64,000 bases of DNA from Podarcis vaucheri (lineage: Eukaryota): NCBI GenBank assembly GCA_965113315.1, contig OZ220363.1; one strand, given 5' to 3'. Both the position numbers and the translations under genes were made by a program. Under the pieces are notes generated by a model. That model saw only the letters and a list, made by a program, of their open reading frames with translations. It was not told the origin of the DNA and searched no databases. Position 1 is the stretch's first letter, and every line of letters starts with the position of its first letter. Shown piece after piece: positions 12,166 to 27,300 of this stretch.

Positions 12166-13573
12166 GTAAGGGGAAGCATTTTATCTCTTTTAATTTATTT
12201 TTTCTCCCCTACACCTTTTCATATTAAAGGAGGATACATAGTTGTAAATGGTCCAGTTTGTCAGTCATAAAAATAATTTATTAATATGTTTTAGCTATTT
12301 AGATAATGAACTGAAGTCACATAAAATAACCTAATTTCCTTCACATTTGAAATAGATGATCCCATTTCTTTCTTTTGTCTTGCCTCCTTCATCCCCACTT
12401 CCTCTCCCTTTATATGTTTAAGATCCCTTCCCAGTTGTTCCCCAGTCATTATTTCAAAGTTACTGTGCTAACTGGTGATCACTTAGGGCTATTTCATGCA
12501 TGGCATGTCCCCAGGTAGGAAAAAAATATGTGCACACACGTCATGTTGTATGTCTGTTCTGCTGTGGTTACCTGTATTTGGAACCACCTGCTGAAGCTTC
12601 TGAACATGTGTAACCAAGGCAGAATAAACACTTGTGCCGTTTTCATGCCCAGCAATGTATGTGGGTGTACACATATTTTTCTGCACTGAGTTTCCCTTCA
12701 TGTAGGAAACTCATGAATGAAGCAGCCCTATGAAAAGCAGTGGCAAGTAACAGGAGTTTGGTGTAGTCCTGCATCACTTATTTCACTTGCCTGCTTAATA
12801 GCCAGTCGTTACTTACAAAAACCACACTGCCTCTGTCTCAAAAATAGGCACCTCACACACACCTTGAGTCTTTACCTGGAGAACTGCTGCTCTGCATAAT
12901 TTCAGGTTGAACTTAGCATCTTCCACACTGTCCCGTATGCATGGAATGCCCTCCCTGAACTGATCCATAAGGTCACAACTCTCCTCTCCTTTATCTCCTT
13001 GAGACCCACCTCTGCTGCAATGCCTACTGAGCCTATTGCACAACTTGCAATGACAGATTGCTATGTGAAAGGACAGATGGGGATTGTTGACATTTTGTAG
13101 TAATACTAATTATAAATAAATATATGTATATAAAGGTTGCATATATTTAGCTGCATCCCTTTTCTTCCTTACCCTTTGTATGTCACCTGCTTTCTTCAAG
13201 GCAGGGAACTTTGTTTTTTTTTGTATATGTGATTGCCTAGCACACTGCTAATCCATAGAGGTAGAAGAAATTGAGGATAAGTCATGTGTAGATTACAGAG
13301 TTGTGTGAAGCATTAATTTGGATGCTATGTTACAGTGGTGAAGCAAAGTGGCTGGAGTTAAATTTACCTAATTTTGTTTTTTGTTTTACACTTTTCCCAA
13401 CTCTCTCGTTTCTCTTCCTTTTGTTGATCATATTAACAAGAGCTCCAAGTACACCTACAGCACTGCCACTCAAATCATTCTACAGAAACCCATATAGAAT
13501 AAAACCTTGTAACTAGTTGTGAGCCCCAGTGACTTGGAACACTTTGTAGTGTAGATGGGTTCTCCAATAAGTA

Positions 13574-13575
<2 letters not shown>

Positions 13576-13623
<48 letters not shown>
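13576..13623 (+). repeat. (GT)n microsatellite
   Basis: Direct. Confidence 0.95.
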
Positions 13624-13629
<6 letters not shown>

Positions 13630-15287
13630 GCTTTTGTTTCACTGAGGGGGAGGATAAATGCCCTGGATATGGCTTTTGAAACCACGCACAGCCAGGTCCA
13701 CTTCACGTGTTATAACATTTAGTGTATATATGCAGTCCATACTCTCAAACTGACATCCACTTTGAACGATGTATACGTTGACACAAAAGTCATTACTTGT
13801 GCCAGAGAGACAAGAATTTGTCTCTGCCACATGTACACATACTTTAAAGCATATATGTTTCTTGTAAAGCAGACCTCACATGTGTAGAATTTCCTTTATG
13901 CGAAGTTGCACTGTACTTTGCATGGCATTCTGCATAGGCAGGGGCTGTCCCAATAGCAGGCATAGGTTCATATGGATACATTTGGTGTTTCCCCTTATTA
14001 CTCTTAATCAGAGCCCCTTATTTACAATGGAGCCACTGGATCAGGGCCGTGGTTTAGCAATACAGTTAAGAGATAAAATTCCTTGTAAGATTAAAATTAC
14101 TTCTGAATGTTGCATAGTGTTACTAAAAAAACCCAACTTCTCAATCTGTAATACATCTTTTTAGCTTCCAGTTATAGACTCACCTGCCATTAAGCCCCAT
14201 TTAACTCAATGGAGCTTACTTCTGAGTAGACTTTTACAGGATTGCACTGTTACATTGCTATTTTCCCTTTCATCATCCTTCTCAAACTCAGAACTAAGCC
14301 ATTCAACTTTAAAATACGCATTATTTCAACTTGAAAACTGGTCTTATTTCTTTTGGTTTACAATATTTTGAAAATTTAATACAAATTTGACCCAGAAAAA
14401 TACACAGTTGAATGTATTAATAAATGAATTAATCTAAATTGTAGGAATTTTTTTGGAGTATCCACTGCTTAGCAAGGTGGCTAGTCTAGACCATGAACTC
14501 ATGGGGGGGGGATCTTAAAATTAGCAAAACAAATAACACAGGGAGATTTTTGCATAATTCAGACAAAACTTTTGCATACCTTTTGTATCTCATAGAGTTT
14601 TAGAACAATATATTATATAGCAATATATTTCCTCTGTTTAATGTCTATGCATCCTTGCCCCGATCAAGAGATCACATATACACATGGTAGGTTATGTATA
14701 CGTATGTGTATGGTGTCTCCCAATCTTTTTAAGGACTTCTTCATTTTAGCGGATAGACCCAAAATAAGTGTGCCAATGATAGGACATATGGGGATAGGGC
14801 ACCTCCATTGAAATGAACAGAGAATTCCATTAACATGTCTTGGTGAAAACAAGATTTATCAGGGCATGTGATAATTCAATGCCCAACAAATCCCCACTGA
14901 ATCAATCAAAAACATACCCAAACAACAAGCAATATGATTATTTCACCAGTATAAGCACAATATGACTAGAATTTTTAAATTAAATAATTCCAGCATATTA
15001 ATTCATTTTTCAAAAATGAAGCAGCAACAAAATAAACCAGCCTATCTATAGATTATTATTTTTTAAAGAAATCATGAGGCAACGATGGCTTACATGACCA
15101 GATAGCTATGGAATTTGTAGGGGGAGCAGGTTTTGCATAGCTATTTTGGAACACTTTTCTAATTCATAAGTACCAAATTTTATCCTAGCAAATTTGGTGT
15201 ATCAAGCAATGTCAGGTTTCCTTTGATCTTATTTGAGATTTTAAGCCTAGCTAGTTGGTTTTTCCCCCTGAACAGTTTCTAAACTGG

Positions 15288-15421
15288 ATATTGTTCAATT
15301 CTCCATCTATAAGTGCTTCCAAAATGTTAATTTGTGACAAGAATAATTGGATATGTGTTTAGGGGATTTTTACTGCTGAATTGGTGCTAGCCAAATAATA
15401 ATAATTCTGAAACAGGAATAT
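15288..15421 (+). repeat. Paralogous copy of 3670-3896 without the SINE insertion
   Basis: Near-identical ttctccatctataagtgcttccaaaatgtt...ccaaataataataattctgaaacaggaatat, with the TSD present only once. Confidence 0.9.
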
Positions 15422-18400
15422 TTTTGCCTTCCTCTATTTTTGTTGATCTTTCTCTTGGGAGTATAAATTTTAATTCTAGAAGAATATTACAATATCACCT
15501 GCAGAAACATTAGGTTAGGTCATAGTGCAATTTAATACGAGATGCAACTCACCTAACAGAACAATGTTTCATAGTGGTATCTTCTAAAAGAAACGTATCA
15601 GTGGCATTAATAATAAAAGCAATAATATTTATAGTACATAGTATAGTATCATTTTTTTCCAGAAAAAAAGTGTGAAATGATGGCATTTGAAACAAGACAT
15701 AAATTAAATCCAATACTTGAATTCCAAATGTAATAGGGAACGAAAAGTGGCCTGATGTGAAAAGGCTACACACTGCGATTACAGGTATTTCAGCACTGTG
15801 GAATAGATCATAGGACTTTCACAACCAAGGAATAGTGAAAGCAGACATGGTACCAGCTCTAAAGTGTTCACACCTTCAAATATGATGATAATCTCGGAAA
15901 GATGTTTTGGACAGAATTATTTAAGTCATCAGAAAGAAACCTTGCCGTCAAAGATATGGATATTCCTGATGTTACCAATCTAACATGGATCCTCTGAAGG
16001 ATATTTGTGTAAGTATTAATTGCTGACACCAAATGATAATCTGAGTTAATATTACTATTTCATGGTATGCAGTTTTAAGTTTTGATGGAGATGTGTTGAA
16101 TGCACACTTAATCATTTTTAAGGGGTGATATTCCGTCTTCTCTTAGCAAATTTATTAAATAACTGTTCATTTATCCCAATGAGGTAAAGCCATATTTATT
16201 AGCATAGCAAGGAATCAGACTTCACTTGTTTTCTAATACGTATCAGTAAGAATGTTATCTGTTAAAGAGGTACAAAGGAGTTAGTGATGAAAGAAATACA
16301 AGGGGTGAATTTTTGAGTTCTGTTCAGTACTTTCTGGGAGTTCTCAGAGATAATGAATCCAGGTGCTGAATATTTCTGAAACATTCAGCATGATTTCATA
16401 ATCAGGTGGTGAAAATTGGTAGTGCTTCTGAAAATGCAGTCCTTAATACATGAGGGCTTTTAAAGCTTCCATGTTGCCATTGTTCTTGCTGTCTATTATG
16501 AGCAGAATATTCATACAATTATAACTAGTCATGCATCCCCACATGTAAAGCACTTCATTGTCTTTCTTCACTAGAGAAAAGTAATTGAGGGTGACTTTGC
16601 CATCCCAGTGAGGAAAACATTGCAAGAGAAAATAAAGTGATGGAATCGTAAGTATTCAAGAGAATCATATTACTACGGCCATTAGGTGTGAAATTTTTGA
16701 GCAAAACCCCTGGAAATTGTTGGCTGAAAGATGAGTAAAACTTTATTATATATTTTTAGACAGTTTGTTATTTAAGATTTTCAGAATTTAAAGGTTGCAC
16801 ATAGAACGCATTTTCAAAGCTTTTAATCTTTTTGTCTTTCAGGTGCTGTAATGCTGCCACTGTGACTTAAACTTCAGTATGCCTTATTTAAGGTACCAGA
16901 GAGGTGGACAGCATACTCTTCCTTTCTCTCATTCTTTATTTCCTTTCTTCCTGATTTCCTTCCTTATTTTTTCAAGGCCTTTTCTTCCCATTCCACATTG
17001 TTTGTTTTTTCAGTTGTTAACAATGTCATGTTGACTCCTAATTAAAACTGTAAAATAAATTACTCTAGGCATATTGTAGTTTGTTTTCATTTGCCTTGCT
17101 CAGTTCTACAAGCTGGCTCATGTGTTTGCAGAATTGCACCATAACTTACTATAATGTTTGGAAGATTGATTCCCCATCTCCAAATTCCATCTCTTCGAAT
17201 GCTGGCTCAAATCTAGCACATTTTGTTTCCACTTATTTTCTCAATTCTGAAAACCTTCCATGTTTTCAGAATGAAATAACTTTTTTTTTTTTGAAAAATA
17301 AATACTGTATTTCTAAAATAACTGTTGCTTCTGCAATGTAGAATATCTCTTGTGTTGTAAGATTACAAACATATGGAGCATCTATGCATACATTCACACA
17401 TAATATTTTTTTTCATCTGCATCTGGGAATTTGAGTTGTCATTCCATGTGATGGAGTAAGGTATAATCTAGCATTAGATAACAATGTTATCATGAGGTTA
17501 TCTTATCCCTAGCAGCTGGTTGTTTGGAATGACTAATTTAGAATGACTTTTCCTTTGGTTCTTCATTCGATAGAAACCACATTACAGAAAGGAAGGATGA
17601 GATTGGGGGTCAGTATGTTCATAAAACTTCCCAGTAGAATTAATTCAGCAGCAATATTAGTAAATATTCCCAAAAGGCAGATAGTCTAAAATTTGGCCAG
17701 CAGAGAATTAATGGATCCCTAGATATGATTCAAATGAATATCAAGTGATTCAACCTGTGTGGCTCTGTGTTCCTTAAGTCTTAAACGTTTTTACTAAAAA
17801 CTATTCTTGAAGCACGGCATATGTATCTAATATGACCCAGTCATCTCTTATTAGTTTCTGCCCATTGATTATAGTATAATTTATTAATCTATAAATATTA
17901 TCTTTCATGCATTAGAGTGAAATCTGATTACTGAAGCATACATCATATTTTCCAGATACCTTTTTAATTTGCATCTCTTCCAGATAAGAGGTATATAGGT
18001 GTTAAGATATTAGATGACAGGATTTGTAAATCTGTTGCTTTCGAATTAATATTTGGTATTAGTTTCATATACCATTTTCCCCACCCTGTACAATGATTCT
18101 ATCCTGTGCAATGTCTGATTTGAGGTTTGCCAAGACATGCAAGCATCTCCTCCCAGTTCTCTTAAACAGACTACCCATTTTAGAAGCCCTCTTGCATAAT
18201 CTGAAATTGTCAACTTCTTATGTTGGGCTGTACGGTTGCATACTTTACAATACACTGTCTTAATTTCATTTATCTTACAGTTTGGCTTGATTCAGACCTC
18301 ACACCAAAGCATGCTTTGCACTAATTGTAGCTTAGAACCCAAACCATGGTTTGAGCTTCCATATGTAAAGACAAAGCATGAGTTAGAGCTGCTTGTTTGC

Positions 18401-19199
18401 TTTTGTTTGCTCTGCTACATCATGTCAGTTCCTTCCCATGTGGAGCAAATATAGGTAACTGCCTAGGTCCAGTGCTCTCAGGGGCCCACACCTTAACACA
18501 GCACACATGACTACAGGTCCTGTACACGGACAAAGAGCTGGCCAGTGGCTAGGCAGAAACCATGCATTCAGTCACTCTTTTGTGGCTCCAGGAAATGCAG
18601 GCATAGGGTAGGGGCATGCCTGCTTTAAGAGAAAACTATTTCAAATAAACAATGACAGAAAAGTTATTATTTTCCCTCTCCCATGCGGGGTAGGGGGGTA
18701 TTGTTATTTTTTACCCTACTTACTTTGCGTCTCATCCCATGTTGAACTCCAAGAATGTGAGGCAACCACATTCACCTATTTAAACTGCATTTGAGGCTCG
18801 CAAATCCTGAATTCAACTAATTCAATAATATTTACTTGCGTAAAACCAAATATTGTTGTGAGTAATCCTACATAAATGGCATTATACTAAAGACCTTTAC
18901 TCTTAATAGTGAAAGTTAATAGTGAAAGTTATTACTAGTGCACTCTCTGCTCTTTTCTGTTTCTTGAAGTGGGGGTGGAATTGGACAGAATTTCTTACTA
19001 AAATCTCGTATGTTGAAACTGTTTTATAAGGCCACATGCTATATTTATAATGTATGAATAATGAAGGTGTAAAAAGAGAATATCAATTCTACATTTTGCT
19101 GTTACTAAAGCTATCTTATAGAGTAAGTGGTTAAGGTGTATGTCCTAGAAATGCTTTGTACAGAGTTCTAGATTCAAACGCAGGCACCGGTCTAAAAGC

Positions 19200-19415
19200 T
19201 TTATTTGATTTATTTTTTACATTTGTATCCCACCTTTCCTCCAAGGTAGAGTACATGATTCCTGCCCTTCCCTTCACAGCAACCCTGTGACATAGGTTAG
19301 GTTGAGAAGCACTAACTGGCCCAAATATCACCTAGTGAGCTTCTTTCCTCTGTGGATATTTGAACCTGAATCTTCCAGATTCTGCTCTGGTACTAACCAC
19401 TACACCACACTAGCT
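19200..19415 (-). mobile_element. tRNA-derived SINE (Squam3/MIR-like)
   Basis: Reverse A box (taaccactacacca), B-box-like tttgaacctg, core acagcaaccctgtga...ggttagg and a (ttta)-type tail. Confidence 0.65.
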
Positions 19416-20884
19416 TTTAGGTGTCTTCCAGATGTTTTCTCAAGACATCCAATTGTGGTTTCTCTACCTCCTGGTTTAGTTGAATTTCACCTGTATAAAA
19501 ATGTCATGGAGGTTAAACAACGTACTTTGTCCTGCATTGTGCACACCCTAGGAAAGACCTCCTATCATGCTAAACCATAATAGCAGAAACCATGGCTTGC
19601 AAGACCAGTTCATACCATGGTTTCTTATATGATTTGCTGGATAATCACAGGCTGTGTGTTGTCAATTCAGGCATCACATCATGGTTTGATTTGTGTCTGA
19701 ATTTGAGTCATTATGTCTGATTCCAGATTTAGATTATTTTATCTTGATACCATCAGTTCATCTTTAGTAGCATTCTTTTCGTAAATTACAGAACTTCTAT
19801 GTACAAAATATCAGACTCCCCTGAGATAACATTTTTATGTTATACATTTCACATATGGAGAGAATCTGTGTTTTGTGTCTTAAAATGTCATATAAAATAA
19901 GAATAATTTGATTGCATTCATTTTTGGCATCTGTAAAAAGCTTGCAAATGTTAAATAAATTAGCCACAAACTGAATATGGTATCAGTGGTTATTTCTTGT
20001 GAGCAAATGTAATTAACAGTCTGACCCGTAGCTATTTTAAGTTTGCTTTATTAAACTTTGTTAACAAATAAAATTTATGTAATAATAAAAGAGGAAAATT
20101 GTTCTTTTTATAATCAAATAAGTTAATCTTACATACATTTCAAACAGCACTAACATTTCCCCCCTTGCTTTTCCCATTCTTGACTATCCTTTTCTGGAAC
20201 CAATCTAAGATTAAACACTTGAATTTGTGCTTTTTCAATCTTTGAATTAGTCAATGAAACCATACTGGTTGATATGCAAATATTCAAGGTTTACTGGGTT
20301 ATAGATCAGGCTATAAAATCCTTTTTCTTAATTTTAAAATTACATCTTAATGCTAGTCAGCTGTTTAAGAGATGCCATGTCTAATACACGTACACAATGC
20401 ATTGAGAAACTATCTCAATTTACCTGTCAATGTAGACTTTAAGTCAAAGTATACATAGACATGGAATAGATCTATGTTGGACAGCCCCCACAACAAGGTG
20501 GGGAGCACTTTCAAGTGAAGTGAGTTTCCATTTGAAGCTGTCACTTTTATATCTTGCTCTTAAGTACATTGGGTGACTATATTGGGCTGAAATTCAAAAT
20601 TTCTGCCTTGTTTCCCTGTGTACACCAAGATTTCCGGTTTCCACATTTCACAGCAGCCTTCGGTGTCTCCCTGAGAAGCCTCTTAGGAAGATTAGACAAT
20701 TGTCCAGTGCAGTATCTAGCATAGTGCAAAGGACCGCAGCTGAAAGCAAAACTCAGCAGTATCTCACGTGTTTACAGAAGCACTTCAATCACATCAGCAC
20801 AGATGTATTTGGCTCTTGGCCATAATAACTCCAAAGTACCATTACTGTTGTTGGGGTTTTTTGGCCAGTCTTGAAGCCATGTTC

Positions 20885-21315
20885 TGATGATCCCTCGTAC
20901 CTACGGGACCGCTTCTCCTGGTATGTCCCACGGAGGAACTTATGATCTTCAAACAAAAACATCTTGGAGGTCCCAGGCCACAGAGAGGTTAGGCTGGCCT
21001 CAACCAGAGCCAGGACTTTTTTTGGCTGTGGCTCCGATCTGGTGGAACGCTCTGCCACAAGAGACTAGGGCCCTGAGGGACTTGACATTTTTCCGCAGGG
21101 CCTGCAAGACAGAGCTGTTCCACCAGGCCTTTGGCCAGGGCACAGCCTGACTCCCTCCTTTGGCAATCTTCACAGAACTCTAGCCCAATGGTTGCCATCA
21201 ATTTGATTTGAATTAATTTTATAATTAAATGATTTTAGAATGTTGTATTATTTTATTGTTGTTAGCCGCCCTGAGCCCGGCTTCGGCTGGGGAGGGCGGA
21301 ATATAAATTTAAAAA
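20885..21315 (+). mobile_element. L2-clade LINE 3' end
   Basis: APIWWNALPQETRALRDLTFFRRACKTELFHQAF (L2 ORF2 C-terminus), then 3' stem-loop gccgccctgagcc...gggagggcgg and a (TTA)n tail. Confidence 0.8.
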
Positions 21316-21370
<55 letters not shown>

Positions 21371-21373
21371 TAT
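21316..21373 (+). repeat. (TTA)n microsatellite, L2 tail
   Basis: About 19 TTA units. Confidence 0.95.
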
Positions 21374-24300
21374 TGAAATTATTAACATGAAAATGTTTCA
21401 GTTGAGTGAGAGATTTCTTGAGTTTCTTAAGTTTCCTTTGCCTTAATGAGAATTAGCAACACCCACAAAATCAAAAATATTAAATTATCATAAATTTAAA
21501 ATGTCCAAAGAATGTCATGGATACCAGCAGCCACAGCAAAGTAGTTTTAAGTCCTATTGATTTTAGTGGGTGAATTGAGTACATGTTTAAAATTGTGGTC
21601 CTGTGCACAGCTCAAGTAAACTTAGTGGGATTTGCTTCTAAGGAAGCATGCATATGTTTCCTAGTTGAAATCAGTTGGACTTGAAATTCTTAACTTTGGT
21701 TGAAACACACCACATTATTCCTTTATCACACGCCATATGCCCTCTTCTTCCCCCCCCCCCGCCATGCCTTTCTCCCTTTCCCTCCTAAAGCTGTTGAGAG
21801 ACAACTTAACGGTACTTCTTCTGCAGTGTACATGCTCGTGTTTATTGCTTTGCATCTGCAATGTCTGCCAAAAAGAGTGCTTTCAAAAGCCATCGATAGC
21901 TAAATATGCACAGAATTTACAAATGACTTTTTAATGTACATTTATGCTCTAATATTTAGGCAGGTACCTTTTGTAAGTTTTAGCTTCTTTCAAACACATA
22001 TTAGATAACATGGAATAGTTTTCTTTTTAATTGCTCTGAATAAGTAGAAAGCACACTTGAATTGTACTTCGCTTGGGATTTTGCAGTCTTACACTGACAT
22101 GAGACATGTGGTCTAGAACTTGAATGCAGATTCACACAACACCTTTCAGAATATGCATTTTTGCACTACTGTATGGTAGAATTTATACGAAGCTTTTTCA
22201 TTTTGTGAATGGCTCCCAGGCCATGGGATCGGCAACCCCTAAAGATTCAGGTTGTCAGTTGTGTGTCTTTTGGTGGGGAAAATGAACATGTGCTAGAACA
22301 CTTCACAAGTTCTACTTTTATATAGATCTCATAGCATGTGATGTATCGTCCTTTCATTAGTACATTGGGTGGGTATACTGGGAGGAAGAACAACACACAT
22401 GGAAAAATAGTGGTTATGGTTCATTTTCGAAGTTAATAATGTAGCTGAAGCCACAGTATGAAGGTGCAATGGATGTTGCACCCAGTTTGATGTAACCTAT
22501 TGTGCATGGCACAGTTTCTATCTGTATCTGTCTTAGGTATTCAGAAACTTTCATCCTATCTAAAGCAGCTTGAACAGTAAGAAGAAGGGGCATGCTGCAA
22601 ACATGGGCCTAAGTGCAGAGGAACAATTCACGGCTCCAAGAACTTTCTCAAGCGTGCTACTATGGCTGCTGCATTGCTAGCTGTATTTAATTGTACCCAA
22701 AGAACTTTCCAGTTATCTGGCAACAAAGAAGATCATACCTACTCCTGCAATCCAGCTGTTCATATGGGGGGAAAGGAAAGACTATATAAGGAAAAGAAAG
22801 CAATCCAGTAGTGGAGATGAAAAATCTGGTGGGATCTCAAAAGGAAGGACTCTTTGAGAGCAGCACTTCCCAGGGGAGGGATCAGCTGCCAATACAAGTG
22901 GCAGGTAAGACTCAACATGGCCATAAAGAGATAACTATTTTCAGTGAATCAATTGAAATATGTTTCTTATAGCTGAAACCTCTGATTATTATAAGTACTG
23001 TAGCCTGTGCTCTTTCCATATACTTCCTAGAACTAAGTTGTCCTTGGTGTTTCTTCTGTAGCTTTTATATCACGAATAACTTGTAAATGGTATCCTACAT
23101 TCACTGAGAAACTAGAAGCATGATAACCATGTTCAAGGAGCCAGCAGTACGCCAGCACCATGATCCTACCCAAGCATCTATGGAGCTGGTGTAGTCCTGA
23201 CAACATTCTGGCAACATTTGACAAACATCCTGTCCAAGGCAGCTTATACTTCAGGGCAGGGAGTAGGCAAACTACGAATAGTGAACACAAAATTATGAGG
23301 TGTATCATGCACATGGAGGTGTCAGAACAATACACCGAGGTGTATGACACAGATGTACTAAATCACAGAAACGAAGGAGGCATCTGATCACACTGAGGAG
23401 AGGGACTGTGAGAAGTCTAACACTGCCTCTTTGCACACAACACTTTAAAAATTCAGCCAGTTGACAAATAAAATAATGTTATAGGGGAGATACTGAAAAG
23501 AAGCCAAACACACTGGGGTTTTTTGTTTTTAATTCAGAAACAATAACACTATGGAACGAAAAACTAAAAGAGCACCCGGTCCAAAAATTACTAGGCTCTT
23601 GGCACAGTCCTCTTGCTTCCCCTTTCTCCGTCTGTTTTCAAATACATCTTTATAGTTGAGAACTCTGGTAGGCATGCCAGAACAAAATGCAACCAGGTAA
23701 TATTGATTAAACCATAGTATAGGAAGCCACGCATCCACATACCCTATAACTCACTGTATGTCTAGAAAGAAAGCGATTGAGTTAGCAGCGGTTTAAAAAT
23801 ACATTGTTCGGTTAGGTAGATGTAGTATGTAAGGGTGTTGGGGTCTGAAGCAGAGTGCAGACATGAGGGTGCTGATTTCTTAACCATGGTTAAGAGAGTG
23901 GGAGTTGGTCATGCACAGATACCTTGGGTTGGGTACAGGTTTGCGCAGAGCAGAATTGCACAAACTGGCAGGGTCGGCCCACCCATGAGGCAAGGTGAGG
24001 CATCTGACTCAGGCGGCAGGATCCACATGGACAGCAGATCCCAATGCAGATATTTATTCCTCCCCCGTCCTGTTCCTGATGCAGGTTTTCATTCACCCCT
24101 CCTTCCCTGGTGGGGAGGGGGCAGCCATGCAAACTGGATGCTCCCACAAATGGAAGCTGGAACATGATTTTCAATATTTCCTTTCCTCCTGGAGCCTTCT
24201 GTGCTCTCCAGAATCTGCTCCAGAGGATTGGGGGGGATCCTCCGGAACAGCATGGATATGGGTATGGAGGGGGAGAGGGGAACTATCAAAAGTTATCTTC

Positions 24301-27300
24301 CTCCTCTCACCTACGGGAGCCTCTGCAGGAATTGACTTGCTTTTGTGAATAGAAGGAGGCCTTCGATTTGTTGAACAGCAGGTCTGAATCTAACCCTCTC
24401 TTTCCTCTGTCTCCTTTTGTCTCAGGCATTCTTTCTCCTCTCTTTCTCCTTTGAACTTTAATTATATTTATCATTACATCTGCTTTGGTTTATTTGTTCC
24501 TATTTTAAATTCATCTCAGAGTCTTACATTTTGTCTTCAATTGTATTAACATGTTTTTATGTAGTGTCAGCTTATGTGCTGGTTTCCTATAGAAAGTCAA
24601 ATATTTTTGAGAATAATAAATAATCTGCAGTGGTACTAAGCGTGGTTAAAAGCTTGCCTTCACTAAGCATTAATCAGGATTTGAAGCAAGGCTTCAATAA
24701 GCTGGCAAACCCTGTAAAGCTGTTGAGCGTTAATCATGGTTAGTGTTAGCATTACGGTTAGCTCAGTAAATAACTCCTGTGTGATCCCAGTCTCTTAACC
24801 ATGAGTAAAAGATCAACAGTGTTGCATCTGCACTGGGCATAAATAATTGCTTCATTTTCTTTTCATTATTATTATTTCTACATCTCATTGAGCGTAACCT
24901 CAAGCTAGTGATTTGTGCCCCTGTAATGAAACCAAATCTGTAGATGAAAAGTATTTAGAAGATAAATGCATAATATTTATTTAGTTTACATGTTGATCCT
25001 TGCAGTCCAGTTGTTGTATGCTCCTGGTGAAGAACTAGGCAACAATGCAAGATCAAGGCACCTAATTCAAGAGAGACGTTAACTTGATTTTAATATTTCT
25101 AGTCACATGGTGCAGAAGCAGAAGCCAAAGCCATTTGATCATTCAGTCCTGCTGCTGAGCAGCACAGTTTCTAGGCACACCAAATTTCCATTGTCTCCAT
25201 ATTACCAAATGCACTTCTTTCACACCACTAACATAGCACTGGTGCCATCATCTTAACAACTTCCAAGTCCTGAATTTTATCAGGCCAACTTGCAGACAGC
25301 AAGAAAATGACCTTTCAAGCAGAGCCTGATGCATCAACCATTATCCCAAGTTGCCACAGTTGCTCTGCATTGAATGAAAATCAGCTTAAGGTTCTCTGTG
25401 CCCCATAATAATATTAAATAAAGGCTGTAAATCCTAGTTATTAGAGATGCTTGAACTCTTTGTTGTTAATGTTGCCTCTTGATTCAGCCCCTTCATTGTT
25501 AATGGCTAGTCTAACAACCCATCTTAACCTCTTTGAATGTATTCATGATTCATAAGTATTCGACAACAGTGTCAGAATTTAAGTCCATTGATTGTTTATA
25601 AACTGTTTACTCAGTTTGTTATTTGTGTGATTGGCCACACATGCCAATCTCTCTGATTGGAAGGCTGAAGTTATTTGCTTAGGAAGACGTTGCAGTGAAT
25701 AAAATGTTTCTGAGCAATAAGGATTTTTTTTTCAAGTTAGGAAACTGGATTCACCAGTAAATGGCAAATGAACCATCTACATAAATAACAAACTATGCCA
25801 AAATATTATTTTATTTGTATATCAATGTTCACACATCAGCTGGGGGTGGGATAGGTTATATTTTTCAGATTATTTTATCAGGTCTACTATTTTCCATTTG
25901 GTTCTGTTGTAAATGTTCAGACAAAGAGTTTTAAAATATGAAAAATGCCTGGCTTCATATGATCAATGATATCCAATAATAATAATATCCCTTCTTTAGA
26001 ATGGGATGGCCACCTTCTGCATTATAAGCGGCCACTCAGATCTCTAGATTCCATTCCTGGAAGGGGAGTATATTTTGCTGTCCAATTGGACCTTCTCGCA
26101 ACTAGTCAGAAGTTGTATTCAGCATGACCTAGGAAAAGCGGTTTCATAGTTATGGTGCATGTGTGCTGGATCATGATTTGGGCTGTTGCATTCAAAACCT
26201 GGAGATAGAATCATAGATTTGCACAGCTAACAACGTGAAAGGCTTCTCACACAACCTTTAAAAAAAATTTCCTTTTTATATAAAATGTTATTACTGATTG
26301 AAATGTAGCAGGGAGTAAGGCAGATAAAATTATTTCCTGGGCCACATCTTGCTCATGGGCCTCAGCTGGCCATCCCTGCTCTAGAGATTCAGTTAGAATT
26401 TTGAAAAAGACATTTGTTCATGTGGTTAAAAACATCCCTGTTTTATATGTGTACCCTAGCAGAGAATTCTGGAAAGTGGATTTTGTGGTCCTGCACTATC
26501 TATCTAAGGGATATAGGAATCACTAGTTACAGCTGTTGCTGGGCTGGTGGAGCAAAGGTGGGAATTAAAGTGCAAAAGCAGCAGGTATTACATTTAAATT
26601 GTCTCGTGAAGTCCCTTTTCAAAGTATCCATGCAGTGGAAGATCCAAGGCTTGCTTGCCGCTCTGTCTCCACATCCATTTTCATAAGGAACTCATGCATA
26701 TTATATACAAACAGTTTCATTCTCACTTTCCATAAACATGCAACTGGACAGTCTAAACAAACACAAACAGGTGTGAATACTTTGAATGTGAATACGTTAA
26801 TTAATAGATGGAGAAATTATTAGCGCTCACAACGTAATTAATGTTGAGATTAAATATTCAGTTATATTGAATCATGAAATGTACAAGACCCTTTAAATGA
26901 ATCTATGGTTGGAGGGGTTCAGGATTTGGAGTGGTGAGAGAGACCATGGTTTTCTCTAGGAACCACCTCCAACATCCCGCTCCCACTAAAATAAGATGGA
27001 TGATCTCAAAGGATAAGAAATAATAAGAAACATTGTTCCAATCAGACACATACATACATACACCCGTGTCCCTCTGGTGCAAATACACAACTCCAAATTA
27101 AGTTCATAAGAGCAGCATGTGGTGTGTGTCAATGAGCAGGAGTGACACCTAACCAAATACAAATTCATTTGGAGATTCTGCAAAGCAGGTGCAAATTACT
27201 TAGCACCAACCACACAGAGCAACCAGTTCACCAGGAATGATTAGTAGTAGTTACTCTTGTTTACTAGGTAGACTTAGTGAGAATCATGCTGTTCACACAC

